Shown here: piece after piece, positions 23,996-24,000 of the stretch | Position numbering within the stretch: position 1 is the first letter of the stretch | How the letters are laid out: each line of letters opens with the position of its first letter | DNA from: Bacteroidales bacterium | Lineage (GTDB): Bacteria > Bacteroidota > Bacteroidia > Bacteroidales > P3 | Direction: 5' to 3' | Assembly: GCA_963678155.1 (NCBI GenBank) | Contig: OY782678.1 | Coordinates: 345,724 to 369,723 of the forward strand | DNA: 24,000 bases | The notes under the pieces: generated by a model | The model's input: only the letters and a program-made list of their open reading frames with translations | What the model was told of the DNA's origin: nothing | The model's database searches: none | Made by a program: the position numbers and the translations under genes

Positions 23996-24000
23996 ATATC

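Overview
A low-GC (about 30% by hand counts) chromosomal segment that looks like Bacteroidota. The taxon call is an inference from three things: GSCFA, CutC, signal-peptide PepC and C69 peptidases; TAnnTTTG -7 boxes upstream of many starts; and no Shine-Dalgarno sequences. Most of the window is tightly packed housekeeping genes: coaX, pepC, purL, cutC, folE, frr, pssA, purS, queA, pyrH, a DegT-type aminotransferase and a small phosphoglycosyl transferase. I saw no tRNA, rRNA, CRISPR array, transposase or integrase. Two AT-richer pockets flank folE and hold what the housekeeping genes do not explain. (1) At 8554-11932 there are three uncharacterised envelope or membrane genes, then a 1.1-kb apparently non-coding, strongly T-skewed region. 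That region contains a phased 21-22-bp iteron-like array (core TGG[A/C]GT..TTTT, at least six regular copies plus degenerate and dispersed ones) and an orphan minus-strand intrinsic terminator. (2) At 13149-15116 there is an orphan, apparently soluble KAP-family (PifA-like) P-loop NTPase with a long unassigned helical C-terminal region. This is my best candidate for an undescribed single-gene defence or exclusion module. A second, weaker 21-bp periodic repeat lies at 23262-23345. All family assignments come from motif recognition by eye; no searches were run.
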